DNA of 62,672 bases, filler included. It is 9 parts of 9 records of this genome, joined end to end, with 100 filler letters (N's around TTAATTAATTAA, not from the genome) between each part and the next. Parts side by side here need not be neighbours in the genome. Positions count along the whole stretch, not along the records: positions 50,167 to 56,922 come from SRR31147125_60056; positions 57,023 to 62,672 come from SRR31147125_60136; 7 more parts are not named here. One strand, written 5' to 3'. Every line of letters starts with the position of its first letter. Within the stretch, counting starts at the first letter, position 1. A program made the position numbers and the translations under genes. A model generated the notes under the pieces. That model was not told the DNA's origin. It saw nothing but the letters and a program-made list of their open reading frames with translations, and made no database searches. Below, piece after piece: positions 52,152 to 62,672 of this stretch.

Positions 52152-53579
52152 TTGTCAATGAACACGAAAAAGCTCCATATAAGTACGATCGGATGCCAGA
52201 TGAACGTCTATGACGCCGGTCAAATCGCCGGTGTTTTGTTACCGCTTGGGTATACCCCGACCGAAGACATCGAAACGGCGGATATGGTGGTGGTAAACAC
52301 ATGCACCATCCGCGAAAAGGCCGAGCAGAAAGCCTTCAGTTTTCTGGGACGCTTGGCGAAAATCAAAATCGCGAACCCTTCGCTGATCGTGGCCGTGGGC
52401 GGCTGCGTGGCCCAACAGGAAGGGGATGCGATTATGAAACGCATGCCCCATGTGGATTTGGTGTTCGGCACGCATGCGATTTTTCGGTTGCCGGATATGG
52501 TGCGGCGGATCGAGTCCAGCCGTTGCCGGATCGTTGATGTACGCCTTTCAGACACCATCGATGTTGACAGCGCCGTGACCGGTCCGTTGAATATCGGGCA
52601 GGTGTCGGCATTTGTGACCATAATGCGCGGGTGTGACAATTACTGCACCTACTGCGTGGTGCCCCATGTCCGCGGACGGGAAGCCAGCCGCCACCCGGAT
52701 CGTATTGTGGAAGAGATCGAGATTCTGGTGGGGCAGGGGATCCGTGAGGTGACCCTTTTGGGGCAGAACGTCAACAGTTACGGGAACAAGGAAGCACTGT
52801 GCAGTTTTGCCGATTTGCTGCGCCGGGTCAACGATATCGAGGGGGTCGGCCGCCTTCGTTTCACCACTTCCCACCCCAAGGATTTGTCCGAGGCGTTGAT
52901 CCAGGCCTTTGGACGTTTGGAAAAACTCTGTCATCACATCCACCTGCCGGTGCAGTCCGGCGACGATTTGATCCTAAAACGGATGAACCGCCGGTATACT
53001 CGAGATGTCTACCTGGAAAAAGTCGTCCGTCTTAGAGACGTTTGTCCGGATATTGCCATTACCTCGGATTTCATTGTCGGGTTTCCCGGCGAGACGGATC
53101 GCCAGTTCCAGGCCACATTGGACCTGATCGAAACCGTTCGCTACGACGGCCTTTTCGCCTTCATGTATTCTGACAGGCCCCTTGCCCCGGCTACTGGTTT
53201 TCCCGACAAGATCAACGACACCCTGAAAAAGGAGCGTCTGCAGGCGCTGCTCGACCTTCAGAGCCGAATCACGCTGGAGAGACATCAGGCTATGATCGGC
53301 CGGGTGCAGCAGGTTCTGGTCGAAGGACCCAGCCGTAATCTCGATTCGGGGCGGCAATCATCCGATGTCCACCAGATCCGGTGGTCCGGCCGCTCATCCA
53401 CCAACCACATCATCCATTTCACCGTTCCCGAGGCACTGGTGCCAAAGAAACAACTGTTGACAGGCGCCTTCACGGATATCATGATAGAAGGAGCCTATGC
53501 CCACTCACTTTGGGGACGGATGATAAACGAACCAATGGGCGAACCACCCGGAAAAGGAGATAGGATCGTTGCTGCATAA
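52152..53579 (+). CDS. miaB: tRNA-2-methylthio-N6-dimethylallyladenosine synthase
   Basis: GCQMN, NTCTIRE, CDNYCTYC radical-SAM motif, C-terminal TRAM-like region. Confidence 0.96.
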   Translation: MSMNTKKLHISTIGCQMNVYDAGQIAGVLLPLGYTPTEDIETADMVVVNTCTIREKAEQKAFSFLGRLAKIKIANPSLIVAVGGCVAQQEGDAIMKRMPHVDLVFGTHAIFRLPDMVRRIESSRCRIVDVRLSDTIDVDSAVTGPLNIGQVSAFVTIMRGCDNYCTYCVVPHVRGREASRHPDRIVEEIEILVGQGIREVTLLGQNVNSYGNKEALCSFADLLRRVNDIEGVGRLRFTTSHPKDLSEALIQAFGRLEKLCHHIHLPVQSGDDLILKRMNRRYTRDVYLEKVVRLRDVCPDIAITSDFIVGFPGETDRQFQATLDLIETVRYDGLFAFMYSDRPLAPATGFPDKINDTLKKERLQALLDLQSRITLERHQAMIGRVQQVLVEGPSRNLDSGRQSSDVHQIRWSGRSSTNHIIHFTVPEALVPKKQLLTGAFTDIMIEGAYAHSLWGRMINEPMGEPPGKGDRIVAA

Positions 53580-54066
53580 GGTAAATATCGCAGGACTGGC
53601 TATGGATCCGGCTTCAAATACTCCCATTATCCTGCTCAAGACAGAAGACGGGGAGGAGACCCTGCCCATCTGGATCGGTCTGCTGGAGGCCACCTCGATC
53701 GCTTCTGCCCTTCAGGATATCCAATTTGACCGGCCCATGACCCACGACCTGTTTAAAAACCTGACGCAGTTGCTGGACGTTGAGATCAACCGCATTGATA
53801 TCTGTGACCTCCGGGACAACACTTTTTTTGCGGAAATCCATTTTGCCGCCGAGGACCGATCGTTTACCATGGATGCACGCCCCAGTGACGCCATTGCCTT
53901 GGCCTTGCGTTTTCAAGCCCCGATTTTTGTGGATGAACGGGTCATGGAAAAATCTCGCATGGGAAAAGACAGCGGGGAAGCGCTCGATGACAGTGAGGAG
54001 GGTAAAAAATGGGCCGAGTACCTGGAAAAGCTTTCTCCAGAGGAGTTCGGCAAATATAAAGTCTGA
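53569..54066 (+). CDS. Bifunctional nuclease family protein (DUF151)
   Basis: LPIWIG, RPMTHDL and DARPSDAIALA motifs. Confidence 0.92.
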   Translation: MLHKVNIAGLAMDPASNTPIILLKTEDGEETLPIWIGLLEATSIASALQDIQFDRPMTHDLFKNLTQLLDVEINRIDICDLRDNTFFAEIHFAAEDRSFTMDARPSDAIALALRFQAPIFVDERVMEKSRMGKDSGEALDDSEEGKKWAEYLEKLSPEEFGKYKV

Positions 54067-54340
54067 TCTGGTACGTACCCGAATGATTATCAATGATATC
54101 GACGGTCCGGTAACATGTTGCCGGACCGTTGGTGTGTGGTCCCTCGAAAAAGAACAGCGGATGCCGGCTGGAGCGGACTGAAAAAATATATGATATATTA
54201 ATAATTTGCCATATATGGTGGTGCTTAAAAGGATAGATACTATATGGTGTTGACAAAGGCCGGTTCTTGGGGTAGGCATATACCTAAAGAGAAGGGTTGC
54301 CGTGCAATCGTTAACAAACCTTTTTGTTTCAGGTGCCACC

Positions 54341-54694
54341 ATGTGCAATGTACTGGTCATTGACGATGAACAGATGATTCTCACTCTCGTTGAACAGGTT
54401 CTACAGCGAATGGACTATTCTGTCGAAACCGCCGCAAACGGGAAGATGGGGATCGATAAATTTGATACGGGTGATTACGACCTCGTCATTACTGACGTCT
54501 GTATGCCCGAGCCCAACGGCGCGCGGGTGGTCGATCATATACGCAATTCCTCACGTAGATGCACACCCGTAATCGGCATGTCGGGGACGCCCTGGAAGCT
54601 CGCCAATCCCATGTTTGATCGGGTGCTCCGCAAGCCGTTTTTAATTGGCAACCTCGTGGAAACCGCCAAATCACTGGCGGCGCCAGCCTCCTGA
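54341..54694 (+). CDS. Single-domain response regulator
   Basis: VLVIDDE, DLVITDVCMP, MSG, KPF. Confidence 0.88.
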   Translation: MCNVLVIDDEQMILTLVEQVLQRMDYSVETAANGKMGIDKFDTGDYDLVITDVCMPEPNGARVVDHIRNSSRRCTPVIGMSGTPWKLANPMFDRVLRKPFLIGNLVETAKSLAAPAS

Positions 54695-54702
54695 TCGGTC
54701 AA

Positions 54703-55900
54703 TCAATACGCAAAACAACCGTTTTCATAAATCGTTGTCTGGCGGCCGTCAGTAAGATGGGCCACCACGCGCTTCTTTTCCGTGTTGACCAGGTCCCAGT
54801 GCAGAGCCGAATCATTGAATCCCAACTGGACTTTTTGGACTTTGGTGAGCGACTGAAGGTCTCCGCTATACGTGTCGGCATAGCTGGCACCCAAAGCGAT
54901 ATGGCAATTTCCCCAACGCCCGCCGAAATTTTCATCAAACAGGGTGTTGGCCATAAATTGATTGATCTTTGAAAAGCGTTTGTCAGTCAGAGAAAATTCA
55001 CCCAAGCGCGCCGCGCCGCGATCCATCTTCAACTGTTTGGTCACGAAATCCATGCCGGAATCAGCCGTAACACCGACAGCGACCCCCTTTTTAAACGTCA
55101 GGCGGATCCCTTTGACCAGGTTTCCGTTGCGGTAGGAGGGTTGGTCGGCATAGTATATGCCATTCGTGCCTCGCCAGTCCGGAGATAGAAACAATTCAAA
55201 ACTGGGGATGTTGTGGCCTGAAATGCCGATCCACTGTCTTTGCTCTCCCGGTGTGACGGTAAGGTCGATATTCTCTGATTCAATATGAAAATGTTTCACC
55301 GGCATCCCGTTGAGCCAGCGCTTAATCGCCCCAGCGTTTTTAAAGACCGATTTCCATTGCCCGACCGGATCTTTGCGATTTAAAAAACAGGCGTTGACAA
55401 TCTGTTTGGCATACTCTTTATCGGTCAATCCGGCATGCTGCGCCAGTTCGGCTGTCGGTAGCATGCACAGGGTCCAACTGAACAAGCCGGCTTGTTCCCT
55501 TTCTTCAAGGATATCCCGCAAAAATTTTTTGGAAAGGGTAAAACGACTGATTTTTTTCGGGTCGATCGTGCTTAAGTGGGTTATAGAGGCTGGGGCATGC
55601 AGGAATATGGAACCATTTAGATGACGGTATAAATCCGCCTCGCCCGGTGGGTCGAAGATCAGTTGCCGGCGATTGGCAAGGTTAAAAAAATTTTTTCCAT
55701 TTCAGGGGTGGGGCTCATGCGACGTACCGGGTTCATGCCCAGTTCAAGGAGCCGGGCTTCAAGGAGCTCCGCCAACCGAAGCGCATCGACATTGAACCGC
55801 AGCAAGACGATATCGCCTTTTTTAAAGGCTTGCTCCTTGCGGTGCGAAGTCCCCATATCAACACATCGGCGTAACGGTTTAGTTGGGTTTGACTGAGCAT
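54703..55900 (-). CDS. Peptidase M29 (aminopeptidase T/II-like); several frameshifts in the 5' half
   Basis: Start MLSQTQLNRYADVLIWG at 55900; NIPSFE, LGEFS, LFDEN, HIALG, SALHWD. Confidence 0.82.
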
Positions 55901-55943
55901 GGTGTCTCCGTGGGGGTTGACGCATATCCGGTTTGTGGCCTGA

Positions 55944-56195
55944 TCAATGGTCGTCTTTAAGGAAATAGCGATGATATTCAGGTTCTGACAGATGTTTCTT
56001 TAAAAGACTGGAAATCAGATCGAACACGGCTTCGCGATCTTCGGCGCTCATCCGCTTTCGCAAAAGTTTCATCAACTGATCATCGGAAAATTTTTGTAGG
56101 TAGTAAATTATGGTGTCCATGTCGGATTCGGGATTAAGGCCAAAGCCGATAAATCCCTCGAATTCTTCGATGAAGCGGTGTGAATGCTCGGCCAT
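55944..56195 (-). CDS. Small cytoplasmic hypothetical protein
   Basis: 83-aa ORF with an RBS, co-oriented with the aminopeptidase. Confidence 0.65.
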   Translation of the reverse strand: MAEHSHRFIEEFEGFIGFGLNPESDMDTIIYYLQKFSDDQLMKLLRKRMSAEDREAVFDLISSLLKKHLSEPEYHRYFLKDDH

Positions 56196-56407
56196 AGGGT
56201 GTCCCTGTAATTGGGTTAATCAAGGCGGGGCGTCGGGGCGGCCCGCTGGTTGAACCATAGTAGAAAAGGCTAATGAGGTCAATACGAGGCAAAACAACGC
56301 AATTTGGCTTGATGTCCATCGGTCTTTTGGTTTATAGAGAGGTAAATTCATTGGGCATTTTATAAAATCACACAAAAGCGTCAATGGGTGCGCGCGGAGG
56401 CGTGTCG

Positions 56408-56922
56408 ATGAAGTGGAAGGATACTGAAGAGGGCAAGGGTGAAAATCCAGAAGATAGCAATCCGTACTACGAGGATGATGGCTACCCGTCGCTCCAAGAC
56501 AACAATGCTAATAAAAATTATTTATTCTCAGGTATACCAATGCGTTATGTTTTTTGGGGGCTTGGTGTCGCAGTCGTCATATTTTTGATTTTGGAGCTGG
56601 GGTCGGTTATCAACGGTCAGGCTGATCAGGCTCGCATCGACGCCTTGCAAAGCAAAATTGATCGACTCGAACAAAAACTCCAAAAAGTCGATGGCGTTGA
56701 TGAAAAGGTCACGCGCATATGGGAGCAAGCCAAATCCTTCGAGACATTTAAAACGCGCTTCGATCGTTCGGAGGCGTCCATGTCGCTGAGAATGGATCAT
56801 CTTGCCATGAGTTTGGACGCACTACAAAAAAAATCCAATGAAACCAAACTGCAACTTGGCAAGCTTGAGAAGGCGGCCAAAAGCCAACATAAGGCCACGG
56901 TGCCGGCCAAAAACGGTCAATC
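56408..56922 (+). CDS. Single-TM coiled-coil membrane protein, 3'-truncated
   Basis: GGAGG RBS, acidic N-terminus, one TM helix, heptad-rich region. Confidence 0.65.
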
Positions 56923-57022
56923 NNNNNNNNNNNNNNNNNNNNNNNNNNNNNNNNNNNNNNNNNNNNTTAATTAATTAANNNNNNNNNNNNNNNNNNNNNN
57001 NNNNNNNNNNNNNNNNNNNNNN
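56923..57022. other. Artificial contig spacer
   Basis: N44-TTAATTAATTAA-N44. Confidence 0.98.
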
Positions 57023-57056
57023 TGAACCTGATCCGGATAATACCGGCGGAGGGAAG
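57023..57056 (+). ncRNA. TPP riboswitch, 3' half of the aptamer (5' part cut by the contig edge)
   Basis: GAACCTGATCCGGATAATACCGGCGGAGGGAA matches the THI-box 3' consensus; upstream of the thi operon. Confidence 0.9.
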
Positions 57057-57080
57057 TGGCGGAAAATTTGAGTATTTTCC

Positions 57081-57110
57081 AAAAAGGGCCGCTTTTAGTG
57101 CCCTTTTTTT
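57081..57110 (+). terminator. Riboswitch expression-platform terminator
   Basis: AAAAAGGGC / GCCCTTTTTTT. Confidence 0.75.
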
Positions 57111-57118
57111 ATTCTTTT

Positions 57119-57923
57119 ATGAAAATTTATCTGAACGAACAACATATTGAAGTAGAAGAAAACCTGACGCTTTTTCAGGTTCGTGATCGATTCAAGTCGA
57201 ATGCCGATATTCTCGTCTACAACGGCTTTCCTGCGACAACCGACACCCCCGTCAATGCCGACGATCACATTACCCTGATCCGCCGCGGAGAAAGTCCCCC
57301 TCCCGAGGAACTGGAAGCTTTGATGGTGGCACGTCATACGCCCGGGATTCACCACAAACTCAAAAAATCGAGTGTGGGAATTGCGGGAGTCGGCGGTCTC
57401 GGCTCTTCGATAGCCGTGGCATTGGGACGCATCGGCGTTGGAAAACTTATCCTTGCTGACTATGATGTGGTGGAGCCGTCCAACCTGAACCGCCAGCAGT
57501 TTTTTATTGATCAGATCGGGGAAGCCAAGGTTGACGCCATGAAGGCCAATCTCAAGCGCATCAACCCTTATATCGAAATCATTTCCCACCAGGTCTTTGT
57601 CACCCCGGAGAATATTCCTTCTCTCTTTTCGAAGGTGGATATCATGGTGGAAGCCTTTGACGGGGCGGACCAGAAGGCCATGCTCATAGAAGAATTTCTC
57701 TCTCTTCCCCAAAACTCCGCTGCTGGCGGCTTCCGGGGTGGCCGGCTATGCCCCTTCCAACACGATTACAACCCGTCACGCCACCAGAAATCTCTACCTG
57801 GTGGGTGATGGAATTACCGGCGCACGGCCCGGTGAAGGATTGATGGCACCTCGGGTGGGGATTGCCGCTCACCACCAGGCCAATGCCGTTTTGAGACTCA
57901 TATTAGGAGAAAAACCGGAATAA
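57119..57923 (+). CDS. thiF: ThiS adenylyltransferase ThiF with N-terminal ThiS-like domain; frameshift at about 57705
   Basis: GVGGLGS, SNLNRQ, EAFD; the second frame continues AASGVAG...MAPRV. Confidence 0.88.
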
Positions 57924-57939
57924 ATAAGGAGAATGACCT

Positions 57940-58140
57940 ATGGAGATCTTTTTAAATGGCACTGCCAGAGACATTGCGGATGCCATAACCCTTGAGGGGC
58001 TGCTGAATCTCCTCAATCTGGAGACAGCCCATGTCGCCGTGGAACTCAATCAGGAAGTCGTCACCAAAACCGCTTTCCCTGAAACAAATTTAAAAGCTGG
58101 AGACAAGGTGGAAGTCGTTCATTTTGTCGGCGGTGGCTAA
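57940..58140 (+). CDS. thiS: Sulfur carrier protein ThiS
   Basis: 66 aa, VAVELN, C-terminal VGGG. Confidence 0.95.
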   Translation: MEIFLNGTARDIADAITLEGLLNLLNLETAHVAVELNQEVVTKTAFPETNLKAGDKVEVVHFVGGG

Positions 58141-58196
58141 ATTTAAATTATTAAAAAACAATTAACCGCTCTTCAGGAGCATCAGGAGACATACAA

Positions 58197-58973
58197 ATGG
58201 ATGAATTTATTATCGCCAATCGTCGTTTCAAATCCAGGCTCATGGTTGGAACCGGAAAATTTTCCTCCAATCAGGCCATGCTCGACGCCATGGAGGCCTC
58301 CGGTAGCGACATTGTAACCGTTGCTCTGCGCCGTGTGGATATTGACAATCCGGAAGACTATATGCTCAAACATATCGACCGCAACAGGTTCCTGCTGCTG
58401 CCCAACACCAGCGGCGCCCGCGATTGCGAAGAGGCGGTTCGACTGGCGCGCCTGGCCAGAGCTGCGGGATGTGAACCCTGGATCAAGCTGGAAGTGACCC
58501 CGGACCCCTATTATCTGCTCCCGGACCCCCTCGAAACCTACAAAGCAGCAAAAATCCTGGTCAAAGACGGGTTCACGGTTCTTCCTTATATCAATGCCGA
58601 CCCGATTCTGGCCAAACATCTTCAGGAAATCGGCTGCGCCACGGTTATGCCTTTAGGCGCCCCCATTGGCACCAACAAAGGCGTCAAAACCCGTGATAAT
58701 ATCTCCATCATCATCGAACAAGCACAAGTTCCTGTCGTTGTAGATGCAGGACTCGGTGCCCCTTCCCACGCAGCGGAAGCCATGGAAATGGGTGCGGATG
58801 CCGTCCTCGTGAATACCGCCCTGGCCGTCTCTCCCAACCCGAGAATGATGGCTGCTGCCTTCAAAAAGGGCGTGGAAGCCGGTCGTGAAGCATTTCTTGC
58901 CGGCCTGGGTAAAAAACGGACGATGGCGGAAGCATCCAGCCCGTTAACAGGATTTTTGAGGGAAATAAAATGA
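58197..58973 (+). CDS. thiG: Thiazole synthase
   Basis: [34 protein letters not shown]. Confidence 0.97.
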   Translation: MDEFIIANRRFKSRLMVGTGKFSSNQAMLDAMEASGSDIVTVALRRVDIDNPEDYMLKHIDRNRFLLLPNTSGARDCEEAVRLARLARAAGCEPWIKLEVTPDPYYLLPDPLETYKAAKILVKDGFTVLPYINADPILAKHLQEIGCATVMPLGAPIGTNKGVKTRDNISIIIEQAQVPVVVDAGLGAPSHAAEAMEMGADAVLVNTALAVSPNPRMMAAAFKKGVEAGREAFLAGLGKKRTMAEASSPLTGFLREIK

Positions 58974-60091
58974 CTTTTTTTGACGAAATCAACCAGTATG
59001 ACCAAAAGCAAGTCCTGGAGCAGATCCTGGATAAGAAACCTTCTGACGTGGAAGAGGCTCTCCACTCGGACCGATTAAGCATGGATGGATTTCAAGCCCT
59101 GATCTCACCTGCAGCTGAGAAATATCTGGAGCCCATGGCCGTTCGCGCCCACGAAATCACCAAACAACGCTTCGGCAACAACATCCTGATGTACGTGCCC
59201 ATCTATCTGTCCAATGAATGCACCAACGGATGTGTCTATTGCGGCTTTAACGCTTGCAATAATATCGACAGAAAAACATTGTCACTGGAAGAGATCGAGA
59301 AAGACGCCCAGACCCTGAGCAAGCACGAATTCCGTCATGTTCTGCTGCTGACAGGGGAAGATCCTGCGCTTATCGGCAATGACTATCTTGTCGATGCAGT
59401 CAAAAAAATCAAGCACCTCTTCGGCTCCATCAGTATCGAGGTCTATCCTATGGATACCGCCGGTTACCGCCAGATGGTTGAAGCCGGCGTCGACGGGTTA
59501 ACCATATACCAGGAAACCTACGATCCGGTGCTTTACGAGAAACTCCACCCTTTCGGGCAAAAACGCGACTACAAATGGCGTCTTGAAACCCCGGAACGCG
59601 GCGGAGAGGCAGGCTTGCGGAGAATTGGCATCGGCGCCCTGCTCGGCTTGGGGAATTTCTACACGGAAACCTACTTTACGGCCCTACATGCACTTTATCT
59701 GGCCCGTCGCCATTGGCGGACGCTGGTCTCTGTTTCCTTCCCCCGCATCCGACCTGCCGACGGAGGGTTTGTTCCCTTATATAATGTAAGCGACCAGCAG
59801 ATGGTCCAGGGAATGTGCGCAATCCGCCTCCTGCTTCCCGATGCCGGCCTGGTTCTGTCCACTCGTGAAAGTGCTGAATTCCGGGATAATCTCATCCCGC
59901 TGGGCGTCACCCAGATGAGCGCCGGCTCCTGCACAGCCCCCGGTGGTTACGCACACGAGGACGAAAGTACCGGTCAGTTCAGCATCGACGACGACCGCTC
60001 CCCGGAAGAGATCAGCCGGATAATCCGCGCCAAAGGGTATGAGGCCGTATGGAAAGATTGGGATCCAGCCTTCATGGAAAGGGCTTCCTGA
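58970..60091 (+). CDS. thiH: 2-iminoacetate synthase (radical SAM)
   Basis: [32 protein letters not shown]. Confidence 0.95.
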   Translation: MTFFDEINQYDQKQVLEQILDKKPSDVEEALHSDRLSMDGFQALISPAAEKYLEPMAVRAHEITKQRFGNNILMYVPIYLSNECTNGCVYCGFNACNNIDRKTLSLEEIEKDAQTLSKHEFRHVLLLTGEDPALIGNDYLVDAVKKIKHLFGSISIEVYPMDTAGYRQMVEAGVDGLTIYQETYDPVLYEKLHPFGQKRDYKWRLETPERGGEAGLRRIGIGALLGLGNFYTETYFTALHALYLARRHWRTLVSVSFPRIRPADGGFVPLYNVSDQQMVQGMCAIRLLLPDAGLVLSTRESAEFRDNLIPLGVTQMSAGSCTAPGGYAHEDESTGQFSIDDDRSPEEISRIIRAKGYEAVWKDWDPAFMERAS

Positions 60092-60101
60092 GATTTGCCG
60101 T

Positions 60102-60737
60102 ATGACCCGAGCTCTGGATTTTTCCCTCTATCTTATTACAGACCGTAGTGTTCTTCCTCCCGGACGCACCCTTCAGGAAGCCGTCCGGGAGGCCTTGAGC
60201 GGCGGTGTAAAAAGTATCCAGCTGCGCGAGAAAGAACTTGCGCCCAAAGCGCTTTGGCCCCTGGCCATGGAGCTTCGCAATATAACCCGTGAGCATGGCG
60301 CCAAGCTCTTTATCAATGATCGGACCGATGTCGCCCTGGCCTGTGACGCCGATGGAGTCCATCTCACCACAAACTCCCTATCCACGGCCATCGTCCGTAA
60401 AGTTCTCGGCCCGGAAAAGCTGATCGGCGTTTCCACCCATTGCCTCGATGAAATACTTCAAGCCCAGGAAGAGGGGGCCGACTTCGCGACCTTCGGCCCT
60501 GTCTACTTTACCCGCTCCAAGGCTGCCTTCGGCGACCCGGTCGGCATCCGGAAACTCGGGGAAATCTGCTCCCAATCCAAAATTCCGGTTTTTGCCCTTG
60601 GCGGCATCAGCCTGGAGCGAATAGACGAGGTCATGGCTTCAGGTGCATCCGGAGTTGCTTTGATTTCTGCCATTCTCGGCTTTGCCGACGCCCGGGAAAA
60701 ATCCCGACAATTTATTGCACGCCTTTCAAACCTATAA
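60102..60737 (+). CDS. thiE: Thiamine-phosphate synthase
   Basis: LYLITD, QLREK, INDR, DGVHL, GVSTH, ALGGI. Confidence 0.93.
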   Translation: MTRALDFSLYLITDRSVLPPGRTLQEAVREALSGGVKSIQLREKELAPKALWPLAMELRNITREHGAKLFINDRTDVALACDADGVHLTTNSLSTAIVRKVLGPEKLIGVSTHCLDEILQAQEEGADFATFGPVYFTRSKAAFGDPVGIRKLGEICSQSKIPVFALGGISLERIDEVMASGASGVALISAILGFADAREKSRQFIARLSNL

Positions 60738-60808
60738 ATGTTTTCTTTTAGCTTGCCATCCACGCTCCTTGGATTAGAATCTGACAAGGAAACTATTCCC
60801 GTATTCAC

Positions 60809-62586
60809 TTGGAGAAAGACGTGGACATTGCTCTTACCCTCATAATTCTCGCGGTAGCCGTCACTCTGTTCGCCACGGAATGGATCCGCATGGATATGGT
60901 AAGCCTGATGGTTCTTCTGGCGCTTGGATTTACCGGCCTGGTGTCGGTTGAAGAAGCCTTTTCGGGATTCAGTAACCCGGCGGTCATTACGGTTGCCGCC
61001 ATGTTTATCATCAGTATGAGCATCTCCAATACCGGGGCGGTACAGCATCTGGGGGAAAAGATTCTGACCTTAACCGGCAACAGCGAGCCACGCCTTATCG
61101 TAGCCATCATGGGGGTCGTCGCCCTTTTTTCCGCTTTCATCAACAACATCGGTGCTACAGCCATTTTGTTGCCTGTCGTGGTTTCCATGGCCAAAAAAGC
61201 GAACTTACCGCCCTCCAAACTTCTCATGCCGCTTGCTTTCGGCTCTCTCCTGGGGGAGTCTGCACCCTCATCGGGACACCACCCAATATCCTCATGAATG
61301 AACTCCTCCAGCAGTACACGGGGGAAAAGCTGAGCATGTTCGATTTTACTCCGGTCGGCATCGTGGTCCTCCTGACCGGAATTCTTTATATGGCCTTTAT
61401 CGGCTATCGGTTTCTGCCCACTCGAAAATCAGGTACTCTTACCGAGGCTTATCAAGTCAAGGAGTTTACCGCCGAAGTGGAGGTGGAGAAAGGCTCCCCT
61501 CTGGCCGGAGTAACCCTTGCGCATGCCGGGCTTGAGGATTTCAACCTGAGGGTCAGGGCCATCATGAGGGGCGAGTTGACAATACCCCAGCCTCGCAGAA
61601 ACCATAAACTGCATGAAGGGGACATCCTTTTTCTGGCGGGAGAGCCAAAAAGCATTCTTCAGATACGCAAGAAGAAAGGGCTGCAGCTTATTCCTGAAAG
61701 GGACAACCCCCTGCCCCCCTTCACTGATAAAGAGATTGCAGTGGTGGAAGCGTCCCTTACCCCGACGAGTAATCTGGCCGGGAAAACTCTGCGTGAAATT
61801 CGCTTCGCGGATGTGCACGGTCTGACAGTTCTGGCCCTCTGGCGAAGCGGGGAACCGATCGTCAAAAAGGTGGACCATGTCCCTCTAAAATTCGGTGACG
61901 TTCTGCTCCTGCAGGGGGCTGAGGAAAAGGTCCGCCATCTGGGCCTGGAACACGGATTTCTTCTCATGGGAGGCGTGAAGCAAACCTCCTACAATCCGCA
62001 GAAGGCGCCTCTCGCCATCGGCATCCTGCTCATGGTCGTTCTGGTGGCGGGCGTGGGCCTTTTTCCCATCATGCTTGCTGCAACCTTTGGAGCCCTTTCA
62101 ATGATCCTCAGCGGCTGCACCACTCCCCAGGAAGCTTATGAATGCATCGACTGGTCTATTATCATTCTCATTGCCGGAACACTTCCGCTGGGACTGGCGA
62201 TGGAAAAAAGCGGGGCTGCCAAACTGATCGCCGATTTCATTATCGGGAAGATAGGCCCCATGGGTCCCTGGTATGTGCTGGCAGCCGTTTTTTTTATCAC
62301 TTTCTGCCTGACGGAAGTCATGAGTCATGCGGCAGCTGCTGTCCTCGTTGCCCCTATAGCATTCAACACCGCCATGAGCATGCAGGTCAGCCCGAAACCC
62401 TTTTTCATTGCTGTTGCAATCGCCGCATCTTCCTGCTTCATGACCCCGATCAGTCATCAGACCAACGCCCTGGTGATGGGTCCCGGTGGTTACAAATTTT
62501 TCGACTACACGAAAGTCGGCACACCTTTGAATATTTTGATCTGGGTGATCGCCGTTCTCATTATTCCCCTGGTTTTCCCTTTTTAA
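60809..62586 (+). CDS. SLC13/CitMHS-type permease with two TrkA-C domains; frameshift at a G5 run at about 61255
   Basis: SGFSNPAVIT, SAFINN; adding one G restores LLGGVCTLIGTPPN; TPISHQTN...GPGGY. Confidence 0.88.
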
Positions 62587-62672
62587 CGGATTAGCTTGCC
62601 GCAAACCTTCTGATCCTTACTTCTAAACAGGACAATTACCGAGAAATAACTTAAGAAGTTAAAATTAAAAAA

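Noticed and set aside
53614..54384. Long antisense ORFs (this 256-aa one, 32264-32974, 30755-31354 and others)
   Set aside because: They are shadows of well-supported genes on the opposite strand in GC-rich contigs and have no recognisable motifs.
57690..61260. Programmed frameshifting or phase variation in thiF and the SLC13 permease
   Set aside because: Short runs with no slippery heptamer or stimulatory structure; similar indels hit unrelated housekeeping genes, so error is more likely.

Overview
This window is not one genomic locus. It is nine unrelated contigs joined by 100-nt artificial spacers (N44-TTAATTAATTAA-N44), so gene neighbourhoods only hold within a contig. Taxon labels are impressions from composition and gene content. 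(A) 1-6505, low-GC Clostridia-like: FGGY kinase, GPH-type MFS transporter, three secreted TasA/CalY-like proteins with SipW-type signal peptides, and a PilT-like protein with degenerate ATPase motifs. (B) 6606-17667, Bacteroidota agar/porphyran-type locus: GH2, a nucleoside-hydrolase-fold protein, GH117, two S1 sulfatases and a T9SS beta-helix protein. (C) 17768-23198, Desulfobacterales-like signalling genes (HDOD, PilZ, PP2C, FHA). (D) 23299-29002: CDF transporter, aminotransferase and a three-subunit HcnABC/opine-dehydrogenase-type oxidoreductase. (E) 29103-36800, a glycan-modification island with sigma54-type promoters: MAF, an internally deleted TPR-PRMT, FkbM, and a ceramidase-like/sulfotransferase/GT4 fusion. 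(F) 36901-44212, a microbial eukaryote with 49-66 nt GT-AG introns and an ankyrin-RhoGEF-PH gene. (G) 44313-50066: trehalase fragment, PDZ protein, asd with a candidate leader-peptide attenuator, and an SDR. (H) 50167-56922: recJ-miaB region. (I) 57023-62672: TPP riboswitch, thiF-S-G-H-E and an SLC13 permease. Many single frameshifts look like sequencing indels. The best leads are the inverted repeat bracketing the TasA-like operon, the ceramidase-sulfotransferase-GT fusion with its PRMT neighbour, the asd attenuator, and the two uncharacterised enzymes in the agar locus.
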